Origin: Eledone cirrhosa
Lineage: Eukaryota
Length of the DNA stretch: 64,000 nt
NCBI GenBank assembly: GCA_964016885.1
Contig: OZ024746.1
Location: 4,340,001 to 4,404,000, forward strand
Reading direction: 5' to 3'
A program made the translations under genes and the position numbers. Of this stretch, positions 15,527-27,453 are shown piece after piece; position 1 is the first letter of the stretch; each line of letters begins with the position of its first letter. The notes under the pieces were generated by a model. That model ran no database searches and was not told where the DNA came from. It saw nothing but the letters and a program-made list of their open reading frames with translations.

Positions 15527-15619
15527 ACGTATCTGAGGAACTTACGAATCCAAAGTCAGGTTCGATCCACAAACAGATCTCAGCTCGAGCTGTTCGCCGG
15601 AGAAACAATTGTAATACGT
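15527..15619 (+). ncRNA. Type I hammerhead ribozyme motif with long stem II insert and palindromic stem III
   Basis: acgtat CTGAGGA (~62 nt) GAA ACAATTGT A atacgt: perfect 6-bp stem I, palindromic ACAAUUGU. Confidence 0.7.
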
Positions 15620-15684
15620 AATAAATTGTGTTCCGATGCATCACTGATTCTTCGTTTTCCATATTATATATATATATATATATA

Positions 15685-15877
15685 TAACGAAGGAAATGTG
15701 GTAAGGAACCAGGTGGATCATAACGCACCAAAGTACTCAATACTTAGGGTAGTAGAGTGGGTAATAGGAACGAGTAGGATCCCGACGGCTGAGCTCAAGC
15801 CGTTTCGACGGCTAATTCTGGAGTCCAGAATTAGCCTTCGAAACGGCTTGAGCTCAGCCGTCGGGGTCCTACTCGTT

Positions 15878-15882
<5 letters not shown>
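15685..15882 (-). mobile_element. Fold-back PLE pseudo-LTR relic carrying the 3' half of an HHR
   Basis: ~59-bp-arm palindrome at 15764-15882 containing GAAACGGCT-tgagctc-AGCCGTC; flanked by (TA)n; sister copies at 44942 and 27389. Confidence 0.75.
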
Positions 15883-15912
<30 letters not shown>

Positions 15913-15915
<3 letters not shown>

Positions 15916-16180
15916 CGCTTGGCTTAGTAGTCAGAGCGTGAGGTTGTGATTTCAATTCCTGGACCAGGTAGTTTGTTGTGTGCTTGAATAAGACACTTCA
16001 TTTTATGTTGCTCCATTTCACTCAGCTGTGTCTGACATCATCGGTGGCGTGGAAAGGAGTCTGATGTGAATGGGCGACTGGTGGTCTTCCACAAACAACC
16101 TTGTCCGGACTTGGGCCTCAGAGGATAACTTTCTGGATGCAGTTCCTATAGTCATTCATGCCCGAGGGGACTCTTTACAC
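15913..16180 (+). mobile_element. Degenerate SINE related to family 2
   Basis: ggcgcttggcttagtag...tttcaattcc...cttgaataagacacttcattttatgttgctcc..ctcagctg. Confidence 0.6.
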
Positions 16181-16268
<88 letters not shown>

Positions 16269-16751
16269 TGTTTATATGTAAATTTTGACACGTTTTACAA
16301 TAAAGTTTAATAATCCAAAATTCATCGATTTGTTGTATTTCCTTCAAATATAGTCTCTCAAAAAATATTTTATATTGGGCTGCATTCTTTTTCACAGACG
16401 TTTAAAATTAAAAAGAAAAAATGCCACGCTAGAATTAGTATTTGTGTCTAATTGATTATGTAGGACAAATCTCTTTAAACATACCTTTGAATCTAAAAAC
16501 TAAGGATATAGAGTCTTATTCTACTGGAATAGCATGGCGAAAGACAAAAACTTCCCAAATCAATGAGGATCAAGCGAGATGCAACGTTAAATCTAATAAA
16601 CCTGGTGACCTTAATCCGATTACAAGGTAATAACAGATTGGTAAGTTTTTAGTGTACAACTTTGTTTTGGTTGTGAACTAGTTTTTATAGAAACATAAGA
16701 GGTTGTGGAAGAATAAAAAATAACTTAATAAACAACTGTCCAACGAGAGTT

Positions 16752-16860
16752 CCAGCCAGCGAGCCAATGCACTAGCCAGCGACCATATGTACCAGCCAGT
16801 TAGCCAATCACTAGCCAGCGACCATATGTACCAGCCAGTTAGCCAATCACTAGCCAGGGA
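16752..16860. repeat. ~38-bp tandem repeat, about 3 copies
   Basis: ccagccagttagccaatcactagccagcgaccatatgta repeated. Confidence 0.85.
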
Positions 16861-17169
16861 GCCGCTACTTGGTTGCTCGACTTGCTAGGAATAGAGGCTA
16901 AATCTCCACCAAATCACAGTCTACAAGCAAATATTGGATGATGTGGTACATTATGTGTAGAAAAATGCCATGGTTATGACAGAAATACTATATCTTCTCA
17001 ATAAAAATCGACATAGGTCTAGAGAATACAACAATAACAACAACAACAGTAAAATCTGAGTATCATTTACAATAATGTTGGATTCTTCTTCGTTAAAAAC
17101 AATATTTGTGAAGTAATATATAGTTAAATGTTTGACTAGGTAAAATAGTCTTGGACGTGTGGGCCCACT

Positions 17170-17335
17170 GAAGGGAGCCCCTGTCACAGCCTCCCTCATC
17201 TCCTTCACATCCTAAAAGTGGATACACCTGAGCTTCTCTTTCAGCTTGGGGAACATCCAGAAGTGACACGGGACTATGTCTGGACTGTAGGGAGGATGGT
17301 TCTCGATGGATTTGTGACTCAGGAGGAGCAATTTT
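17170..17335 (-). pseudogene. mariner transposase C-terminal fragment
   Basis: HPPYSPDIVPCHFWMFPKLKEKLRCIHF*DVKEMREAV matches the mariner HPPYSPDLAPxDF..F..LK..L motif. Confidence 0.88.
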
Positions 17336-18182
17336 GAGGAGAAGAAGAAATCACTTAAATCGACCTTTTTACATGACTGGTATTTTATTTTATCAACCAC
17401 AACTTTGATGAAAGGTCAGCTCAACAAAGGCTGGCCTGGGGTTAACAGCAACAACAATAACAAAAGCAAACAGCAGTAATAATAACAACAACTTGTATTT
17501 CCCATATGAAGGCAAAATCTATCAAATTCAGATAGATTTATTTCAGAGCCTCACTTTAACCATTTCAGCTCTTTTAAAAGTCTTTATCTTGGTTTAAAGG
17601 GCGAAGTTCGCGGGAGAGATATGAAGAAATGAATTTCCCCCGTACATATCTGTTATATTTTGAAATGTTCCTCATTGATAAGTGAACGATTTAACTTCGT
17701 TTTCTTATCGAAAAGGTACAAAATATAGAAAACGGTTGTTACATCATAGGTTTTTATTTCTCCTTGGGCAGAAACGTGAATCAATCTGAATAGTTTTTAA
17801 TCTTGTTAGATCTTCATCAGAGAAGGAATTACCTTCTTGTCTCCACAAAGAAACTGTTAGCTCATAGCTCTTTATAGTGTATAGAAACTAGTACAGAGCT
17901 CAACTGACTTGTTAAATCTACGTAATAGTGTGTATACGCTAACAGCATGGATTAATTAATGACTAATTTAATATATACTGGATAATTTGATATGGTAGGT
18001 GTAGATTTTTAATAAACATGTAATTAAAAAAAGGTATATCTTATCTTTGCAATTATCTTCAAAGTAACGTGTGTACAATTATTTAATCACTCTAATAATT
18101 CTGATTAGATGTAGAGTATAGTGGGGGTGGAAGTAATATCTGATTATAATAAGACTGTTTAATGAGAGTTGAACTGGAACTA

Positions 18183-18183
18183 A

Positions 18184-18251
<68 letters not shown>
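18183..18251. repeat. (CTA)n microsatellite
   Basis: Direct inspection. Confidence 0.95.
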
Positions 18252-18499
18252 AGGATAGATTTGGCTTTAATATAGATTCCTGAGGATAATTTTCTGTTAT
18301 ACGACAGCAAAAATTTCAAACGTCAGCCAGCAAGAGCAGAAAAAGGGCCACTGACAGCCTTTTGGTGGTGGGGGGGAAGAAAGGGCTGAACCCTTTTCTG
18401 TAGAGTAACTCAACATTAATGGCTATATGATGTGGTGTGACAAGTTAAAGCCAGAAATTCGAAGGCGATGATAAATGTCGAAATATTTTCTGTATTCTA

Positions 18500-18925
18500 C
18501 ACCATGCCGCTCTCAACGAGATCATAAAGCATAGCTTCGATGATACAGGGTTCCTTTCCTAGTTTGTGCCAGTCGGGATGGAACGAGGGGACGACATAAA
18601 ACTAGACGACATCACAGTCTCCCTTATCTGGGACGCTACGTGATAACTCCATTGCCAACCTGGGGCATTCGACGACAGACCCTGTCTTCGGTGCTCATCA
18701 AGCTAAATATCGCAAGCTAGACAACTATTGGCTGCTCTCCGATAGGTTTGTCGTCAAATCTGTACCAATGGAGATTCTGGCGTTCTTGGGCCTCGGCCCA
18801 CCTCCCTATTGACTACTATTGTGATGGAGTTGGCCACCCGCAGGAGTGAACCCCGTGAGTTGGAGTCGCTATTACAACGAATCTTCCTCACCATCCACCG
18901 AGTCAACGTTTATATTAATCTGTCT
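18500..18925 (+). pseudogene. CRE-clade non-LTR retrotransposon, restriction-like endonuclease region (decayed)
   Basis: Manual translation HHAALNEIIKHSF..G..*FVPVGMERGDDIKLDDITVSLIWDAT, later GVLGP and LLQRIFLTIHRVN; resembles the CRE RH..LND.I...EP.GL.RGDGKRPDG...WDAT motif; stops and frameshifts. Confidence 0.75.
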
Positions 18926-18941
18926 GCTGGGGCAATGAGGT

Positions 18942-19018
18942 AGCTTGCGCCTCGGCTTTCACTGGCCAGGTCGTTGTGAGGGAACGTTCTCTGGTTAGTG
19001 GGAGCCGAGGCGCAAGCT
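18942..19018 (+). other. 77-nt hairpin, 28-bp stem with four G-U wobbles
   Basis: agcttgcgcctcggctttcactggccag pairs with ctggttagtgggagccgaggcgcaagct. Confidence 0.85.
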
Positions 19019-19522
19019 GAATGACAGCACACAATGGTTCAAATATACGTCTTCCCCTTAATTAATTTATTTTTAGTAATAATCTAGGATTGAATGGATT
19101 TTAAACATTCTGTACAGAAACAAACACGTAAGACGCACCAATGGAGAAGACGAATTAAGGATAGCGCTGTTTATAAAAGTATTCATTTCTCACACAGAAT
19201 GTAAGTGAGCTACTCGACAATGCACAATTGGTGAAGTGGGTGTTGTAAGCTTGATCTGCGGTTGGATTGATAAGTAACAAACGAATTCATAAGACACAAA
19301 GTTGATTATTGTAAGTTCATGACAACAAACAGCCTACCATGCAGTTCGTGTGGGAAAGTATGCAAAACTATTAGTCGATTAAATAGACAATGTTATACAC
19401 CAGAGCACATTATTGTATACTGATATGCATATATACAGATTTGTATGTAAGGTCTAACAAAAAACATGTAGGAGTCTGCCGGGTTTAAAATCCATCGTCA
19501 AAAATACAATTCTCATTAATAA

Positions 19523-20005
19523 TGATTTCTACTATAGGCACAAAGCCAGCAATTTGGAGGGAGGGGAAAGTCGATTAAATCAACCCCAGTACGTGACTGG
19601 TACTTTATTTTATCGACCTCGTAAAGATGAAATGCGGGATTTGAACTCAGAACGTAAAGGGCAGTAACTCTATGCTGCTAGTCATGTTGTCCTATGCTCT
19701 ACTGGTTCTACCAATCCACCGCCATATTCTCATTAATAATTGTTTCTACTTTTGGCACAAGGCCAGCAATTACCCAGTACATTACTGGTACTTTATTTTA
19801 TCGATCCCGTAAGGATGAAAGGCAAAGTTGACCTCGGTGGGATTTGAACTCATTAATAATAAAGTCTAATTTAGACACAAGGAAAGGAAATTTGGGGGAA
19901 AGGGAATTACATTGACACAGTACTTGATTGTACTTTATTGTTTTAAGACTGTAAATGTGAAAGACAAAGTTGACCTTGGCGCGATTTGAACACAGAACGA
20001 AAACC
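19523..20005 (-). mobile_element. Cluster of three tandem SINE family 1 copies
   Basis: Repeated ggcacaa..cagcaatt..ccagtac..actggtactttattttatcga..gatttgaac at ~19525, ~19740 and ~19870. Confidence 0.75.
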
Positions 20006-20302
20006 TTTGGAACAAATGCCACCAATAATAATTGATCTCCCTTGGACCCAAGTAGACAACTATCATACATATATACATATATGTTATTTATCTATGTATG
20101 TGTGTATATATATCCAGATTAGAGCAAAAATCACGAGCGCTCTATTTCAAAATTATTTTTGAAAAGCATTAGAAATGCGCAACCGGTAAAAACTTAAAAC
20201 TAAAACTGAATACTAACCAATACTTATTACTAGTTTATACTTATTCCTAATTAAACTATTTTTCACTGGGAAAAATATCTCAGCATTTTCTTTTCCTTTT
20301 TA

Positions 20303-20400
<98 letters not shown>

Positions 20401-20413
20401 TAAGGGTAAATGA

Positions 20414-20480
<67 letters not shown>

Positions 20481-20614
20481 ATATGTGTCTGTGTGTGTGT
20501 GTGCGTGTGCGTGTGTGTGTGTATGTAAAAGTAATAACAAAAATAACAAAACAACGGCACAGTATACATGGAAGAAATATATTAGTTTAACGCTTGAAAT
20601 AGAAGGGAAGAGAG

Positions 20615-20650
20615 TCTTAACGTTTCGGACACTAGTCCTTCATCAAAAGA
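20615..20650 (-). ncRNA. Minimal type I hammerhead motif (family A)
   Basis: Minus: tctt TTGATGA a ggac-tagt-gtcc GAA ACGT T aaga; first core has C to U. Confidence 0.7.
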
Positions 20651-21101
20651 TAGAGTTAGAAATAGAAAGTAAAGAGTGATGAGAGGAAGGAACGGGGAAA
20701 ATGAGAAAAAAATTGAAAAGGAAAAACGACACATGTTAGGGTCACTGAATGATGACATCAAGTCATCAGGTGTTGCGTCAGAGATTATTTATCAAACCTT
20801 TGACAACATATTTAATATCAGGCGTTTTGTCGGCAAATCAAAAGTTTTACTCCTCTCTTTTGTAAGCAGATGATTGTAATCTTGTCGTGAAAACAGAGGC
20901 TGTAACCACTTCCTCGGAGTCTTTTATGTAAGCACGAGGTCTTCTATACTTTCACTCTGAGAACTTTTCAAATTATTAATATTACTTATGTGATCCCTCC
21001 AGTGACACATAAATATACATACATAAATAATAAAGCAACGACACTGAAGAATGACAATGAAGAAATATATTAGTTTAACGCTTGAAATAATAGGGAAATG
21101 G

Positions 21102-21137
21102 CCTTACCGTTTCGGACACTAGTCTTTCATCAGAATG
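21102..21137 (-). ncRNA. Minimal type I hammerhead motif (family A, diverged)
   Basis: Minus: catt CTGATGA aagac-tagt-gtcc GAAACGGT aagg. Confidence 0.65.
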
Positions 21138-21463
21138 AGAAAGAAAAGCTGAAATAGAAACTTAAACATAAATATAAGGTGATAAAGTGAAGAGAACAGA
21201 AAACAAATAACAAATTGATAATGAGAAATTATTATTAAGATTGAAAAATTGAAAAATTGAAAAATTGAAAAATCACAAATCAAGTAAATTAAAATATGTG
21301 TGTGTTATAAAGATGTTGGCCAAATTATAATGGCTGTGTCAGAATCAATCTCTCGGCTATCATGGTGTCTGCTCAGCCTGGGTTGGTCCCTATGGCTTGA
21401 GGGGAGTTCTCAACCTAGGGTGTTGTTATTGCCCATATAGCTTGAGGGAGGTCTGGCCGAGAG

Positions 21464-21865
21464 GTGTCTACATGTTCTGGAGAAGTCCCTATAGCTTGAG
21501 GGGAGTTCACATCTTCTTGTGTTGCTACTGTCCATATATCTTGAGGGTCTCATTCAGGCATAATTTGCATATGCAAGATCCCCCTTTATCGGGTGGTACT
21601 TTCCTGATTATGTACCAGGCCAGAGAGTACGGGGTCCTGTCCAACTTAAGCTTCCAGATCAGGTCGGAGAGAGCCTTGCTTTTCCTTTTGGCCTCCTTAT
21701 TGAAGGAATGGCGATGGTTATACCAGCGGTCTTTAAAGCTCGTTGATGTGGCTCCTATGTAGAGGTGTTCGGAGTTGGGGTTTTAACCCTACAACGGTAT
21801 ACTAGGTTCTTCTTAAGGCATTCATTACCAAAGGGGCATGATTCGGGGTTTCTGCAGTTGCAGAG
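21464..21865 (-). pseudogene. PLE GIY-YIG endonuclease with Zn-finger-like linker (Naiad/Neptune-type), frameshifted
   Basis: Manual translation LCNCRNPESCPFGNECLKKNLVYRCRVKT /fs/ EHLYIGATSTSFKDRWYNHRHSFNKEAKRKSKALSDLIWKLK..YSLAWYII..CKLCLNETLKI..SRTCRH. Confidence 0.88.
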
Positions 21866-22107
21866 GGTGGTCGACCTCTGCGTGCCTAAATTGGGGTTCC
21901 CGTTAGGTGTTACATGGTGGTCTTCCCCCAGGCACGGTGGGGGGGGGGGTCCTCGGGTCTGTTTGGGTTTCTTGGGTGGGCACTGGGTCCCCCCTTCCCT
22001 CCTTTCACATGGTTCTGCTGAGTGCTTGTATTGCCATCTTCTGGTTGTGTGTGGTTTTTAAGCCGACTCCTGTTGATGCTAGCTATGTGTAATATATATA
22101 TATATAT

Positions 22108-22250
22108 AAGAGATGTGAGAAAAACTACAAACCCTCCATATCAATTCTACTTTTAAAAAGCATAAGAACTGTGAAACCGGTAAAGGAAACAAATAAATAT
22201 TCTTAAAAAGACTCCAGTTGCATTTTCGATTTCATCTTTTTTCCTTATAC
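22108..22250. repeat. Dispersed repeat of unknown class (related copies at ~27707-27850 and ~20115-20190)
   Basis: Shared agatgtgagaaaaa..accctccat..aaaagca..agaactg.gaaaccggtaaagga..cagttgcattttcgatttcatct. Confidence 0.75.
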
Positions 22251-22300
22251 TTTCACTCGTGTAGGACATCTCGTTTTTTTTTCATTTAAAAAATAAACTC

Positions 22301-22401
<101 letters not shown>

Positions 22402-22941
22402 AGATGGTCGAATTATGGGAGAAAATGTGGCATATGTTTCTGTTTCTGTACACATCTGCGCCCGTGTATTTACATGTTTGTGAGGTATTTTAAAAATCCA
22501 ACTGTTTGTTTGAATGTATTTAGTTCCATGTAACGTAGAATCTGCTTGTCTGTTTCTGGTTCAATGAAAACATATAACTACAGAGGTCAGCATATTCTGA
22601 CGTCTTTTTTCACCTCCAGACATCCGTAATCAATGCTGTTGCTTCTGTTTTGTGAGACACGATATGGATTATATTGATAACGTGTTTTACGTAAATCTAC
22701 AAGCAATTCTGATATATGATTCTGCGGTTGTATATGTGATATTCACTTCCTGTTAATTGATGATTTAATAATGGTTCAGCTAGGAGCAACTGTACAGCTT
22801 CAGTAATTTTTCTTTTGACACTTATCATTGATTTAGTGTATGATAGTCCTGTTAATGCTATTAATAGTTCTACGCCTGGTATTTATAGATATCTTTCTCA
22901 AACCATATGTATATATACACATATAGAAATGTTTCTCAAAC

Positions 22942-23069
<128 letters not shown>

Positions 23070-23086
23070 TAGATAGACAGATAGAC

Positions 23087-23123
<37 letters not shown>

Positions 23124-23172
23124 CACATACATAAATATATGTATATATATATACATATGTATATATATATAC

Positions 23173-23255
<83 letters not shown>

Positions 23256-23320
23256 CATAAATATACTTAGTTCCATATATATGAATATATACAGAAACAT
23301 ATGTATATGAAAATTCGTAT

Positions 23321-23408
23321 AAGCGCCTGAAGATAGGTCAATTTTGATCCCTCGTAAATTCTGGAGATATCGTTAATATAGGGCCTTGAAACCCCTAAGG
23401 TAACGCTT
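23321..23408 (+). ncRNA. Type I hammerhead motif with long irregular stem II
   Basis: aagcg-c CTGAAGA t-aggtc...ggcct-t GAA ACC cctaa GGT A a-cgctt; the downstream terminus (..tgttttcctt..acggagattgctac) recurs at ~5975-6055. Confidence 0.7.
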
Positions 23409-23547
23409 TTGTTCTGAGTATGAACATAAATAAATAATATATAATATAATACAATATAATACAATATAATACATATATAGTGTTTTCCTTATTTCTTTTC
23501 ACACCGACGGAGATTGCTACACACACACCACACACATACACACACAC

Positions 23548-23583
<36 letters not shown>

Positions 23584-24600
23584 TGAAACAAACATCGCGT
23601 GTGAAGCTCTCATGTTCAAATTTTCGAATAGCGTTGAGGATATAAATTTATAAGAAGAGGATGTAAATTTATAAAGAGAAGTCAGTACAGTCAGTTGCTA
23701 TAAAGTAGCTCGCATAAATCTGGTAAAGACCCTTAGAGACAGAAAAAGGTTGGCAGCTGCCGCAATATTTTTTTGCCTGTAATTTCATTATTTCGATGTC
23801 AGTAAATATGGTTTATAATCCAGGCACAAAGCACACAATATTGGGTTAGGGAAGGGAAAGTCAAATCGACTCAAGTATTTGGCTTATATTTTTTTTATAT
23901 TGACCCTGGATAGAGGAAAGCAAAGTTGACTTCGGTAGGATTTGAACTCAGAATGTAAAGCATTTTGTTCACAGATCTCCCAAACTGCAAATATGATATC
24001 GAAGTATTACCTAAAACGGGTGGAATCGCATAAAAAAAATTCCTTGTAGTATTAAGTTGAATTTCTTTACATTTTTAGTTCAATTCCCTCCGGCGTCGTG
24101 CGTGGAACGACTTAACATTTCATTAGCTCTCGGATTGATATAATAAGTATTAGTAATACTAAGAGAATAATTTCATTTCAATCGACTACATTCCCAATAG
24201 ATTAATGGCATTGTATCTGTGTCGAGAATCAATATTATCGACCCGATATATTAAAACAATCACAATGATTCAAGCTCTTATAAAAAGACTACGAAACATA
24301 GACGGTGTAGAGATGTACGGATTGACATATCAAATTATTTTGACATCAACATATTTACATAATCCCCCCTCCCTCTCTCGCTCCATATAAATATATATGT
24401 AGTGACTTATATATATATACAAATATAGAACACAAATAAGGCTCAGATTTGAAAGAAAGCAGTAAAGTAGGAAAGAAAGTAAAAGGAAAGAAACCTTATA
24501 AGCATCTGAACCTAGGGGTAAACTTCTTGTCAAGCGACCTTAATCTAGAAGGCTTATCGGATGTTTCCCCACCCAAGCTAAGTACTTTGCATATATATAT

Positions 24601-24657
<57 letters not shown>

Positions 24658-25069
24658 AGAGAGGTTAAGAGGAACCCATAATACAATGATCACATGGTGA
24701 GTCGTTGATGTTTTATAAATTTTTCCTCCGAAAAATTCAACAACACATTCTAGTGTCACAGTATAGCTTGACATAGAAATATATCCTCGAACCAAAGTTT
24801 ATTTTTTTCTTCTAACTTTGATTTTATACCTAATTCTATATGGTTGTCGATATATTTAATCGATTTCCACGTGCTATTAGAAATGCTGGGTAAATATTCT
24901 GTGACTGTTGATCGCGGATAGATAGCTGTCGTTTATTTATCTATTATTTCCTCAGAGGTGCCTTTTAATCTTATAGCCTTGTTTAATTGGTTTTTTGTGT
25001 GGTTGATTATGCTGATTGGAAGAGGAAATGATGTATATATTTTATCAAATGATTCTATGGACATACTTT

Positions 25070-25121
<52 letters not shown>

Positions 25122-25185
25122 TATACATATATATATATATAATATATGTGTGTATGTGTGTGTGTGCATGTATGTGTGTGTGTGT

Positions 25186-25450
25186 CCAAAAAGTCAGCTC
25201 GAAAGTGACACAGAGGAGACTGAGGTTAGCTGGACATGCTCACTGACATCCAGAGTTGACACTGCACTCAGTGCTCCTGTGGGAGCCCCTACATGGACAC
25301 ACTGGAAGAGGAAGACCGAGGTTAACGTATGTTGATGCCCTAAGGACAGACACTGGTCTCTTGGAGACGGAGGACGTGGCAGCGATAATGAGGGACAGAG
25401 ACCGCTGGAGAGAACTCGTCCATGAATCTCAGGAATTTTACCCGCCCTAG
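25186..25450 (+). pseudogene. RTE-clade LINE 3' end
   Basis: VTQRRLRLAGHAH*HPE..VLLWEPLHGHTGRGRPRLTYVDALRTDTGL..MRDRDRWRELV. Confidence 0.88.
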
Positions 25451-25459
25451 ACATTTGTT

Positions 25460-25504
<45 letters not shown>

Positions 25505-26011
25505 TTTTGTGTGAGTAGGTATGTGTATGTTTGTTTGTGTGTGTGTGTGTGTGAGTAGGTGTGTGTGTTTATGTGTGTGTGAGTGTGTGTACATAGATAG
25601 ATAGGTAGAGAGGAAAATAAATGATGAAAATAAATCAGTGAAGACAGGTAGTTAAATTAAAATGCATCAAAAAGAAAAGAAGAAAATAGAGCCAGGGTTT
25701 AAGTGAACACACATCAGAATTACTGAAAGGAAGGAAAAAGGAACGACGCCATATTTAACGAGCAGTAAATAGACATATGTTAAGAACCATTTGCCAATTC
25801 GCCTAAATCCATTCTTATCTATCACCCAAACTAGTTTTACATTTACAACAATAGATTTCTATTTAATATCCATAATTAGAATATGATGCTGCAATAGAAT
25901 GTTCCATCTATAAATATGTACTTCATCTTCTTAGATTTGATGGAGAAATAGTTTCTATCATAAGTCTGTGTTGTTTTAGGGGGGTTGTTTTCTTAGTGAT
26001 GCGAATATTGC

Positions 26012-26151
26012 TGATGTTTTGATTATGGTGGTAATGATGATGATGGTGATGATGATGATGGTGGTGGTGATGATGGTGATGGTGGTGGTGGTGATGGTGA
26101 TGATGGTGATGTTGATGGTGATGATGGTGATGATGATGATGGTAATGATGG

Positions 26152-26185
<34 letters not shown>

Positions 26186-27000
26186 GGTGATGGTGATGAT
26201 GGTGATGGTGGTGGTGGTGATGGTGATGATGGTGATGGTGGTGGTGGTGATGGTGGTGATGGTGATGTTGATGGTGATGATGGTGATGATGATGATGATG
26301 ATGGTGATGGTGATGGTGATGATGATGAAGATGTTGATGGTGATGATGGTGATGATGGTGATGATGATGATGATGGTGATGATGGTGATGATGGTGATGA
26401 TGGTGATGGTGATGAGGATTATGATGACGTGGTCCTTACATATTTCTTTAATGCTATGATGTGTTGCTGCTGATGATGTGGTAATGATGATTCATTGTTT
26501 ATATTGATCTACGATGATGGTGATGGTGATGGTGATGTTGGTTAGGATGGTGATGGTGATGGTGGTGATGATGATGGTGATGGTGATGGTGATGGTGATG
26601 ATGATGGTGATGGTGATGGTGGTGATGGTGATGGTGATGGTGGTGGTGATGGTGATGTTGGTTAAGATGGTGATGGTGATGGTGATGGTGGTGATGATGA
26701 TGGTGATGGTGATGGGGGTTAAGATGATGATGGTGATGGTGGTGATGGTGATGGTGGTGAGGATGAGGATGGTGATGGTGGTGATGGTGATGATGATGGT
26801 GATGGTGATGGTGGTGATGGTGATAGTGATGGTGATGGTTATGGTGATGGTGGTTAGGATGGTGATGGTGATGGTGATGATGGTGATGATGATGGCGATG
26901 GTGATGATGGTGATGGTGATGGCGATGGTGATGGGGGTTAGGATGAGGATGGTGATGGTGATGGTGATGATGGTTATGATGATGGTGAAGGTAATGATGC
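26012..27000. repeat. (GAT/GGT)n tracts
   Basis: Direct inspection. Confidence 0.95.
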
Positions 27001-27032
27001 ATATATATATATATATATACTATATATATATA

Positions 27033-27340
27033 TGTCGGGTCACTCTTGAGTGCTACTGGTAACATGTAACCCAGTACAACCTGTCGCAGGGTCGTCGGCG
27101 ACTAAACCTGCAACCCCACCAGGTTTACTTGGTGAGGAGGGTGATATTGGACACCCTGCAGGACAAAAAACAAAACCTGACAAAGGGCGGAAGAGCTCAT
27201 AAGAGTCAACGGACATCCAAAAATGCGTAAATATGTATATACACATGTACCACGTGGTTAAACCACTGGGGGTGAAGGACCCCTCGGAACTAACTATTGA
27301 AACGGCAAGAACTCACCCGTCGGGTCCCGACTCGTTACAA
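27033..27340 (+). mobile_element. GC-richer dispersed repeat, possibly a LINE 5'UTR
   Basis: Second copy at 1-80; inserted after (TA)n; several short hairpins; class not established. Confidence 0.55.
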
Positions 27341-27349
27341 TGCATACAT

Positions 27350-27388
<39 letters not shown>

Positions 27389-27390
<2 letters not shown>

Positions 27391-27453
27391 GGAACCAGTA
27401 AGACCCCGACAGCTGAGCTCAAGCCGTTTCGACGACTAATTCTGGACAGAATT
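27389..27453. mobile_element. Truncated copy of the 15685/44942 fold-back element
   Basis: taggaaccagtaagaccccgacagctgagctcaagccgtttcgacgactaattctg-ga-cagaatta. Confidence 0.8.

Larger units (their letters stand above)
20520..22090 (-). mobile_element. 5'-truncated Penelope-like element: GIY-YIG remnant followed by two HHR-bearing terminal repeats
   Basis: Endonuclease at 21464-21865; direct repeats gaagaaatatattagtttaacgcttgaaata...ttcggacactagtc at ~20571 and ~21058; flanked by TA/CA tracts. Confidence 0.75.
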
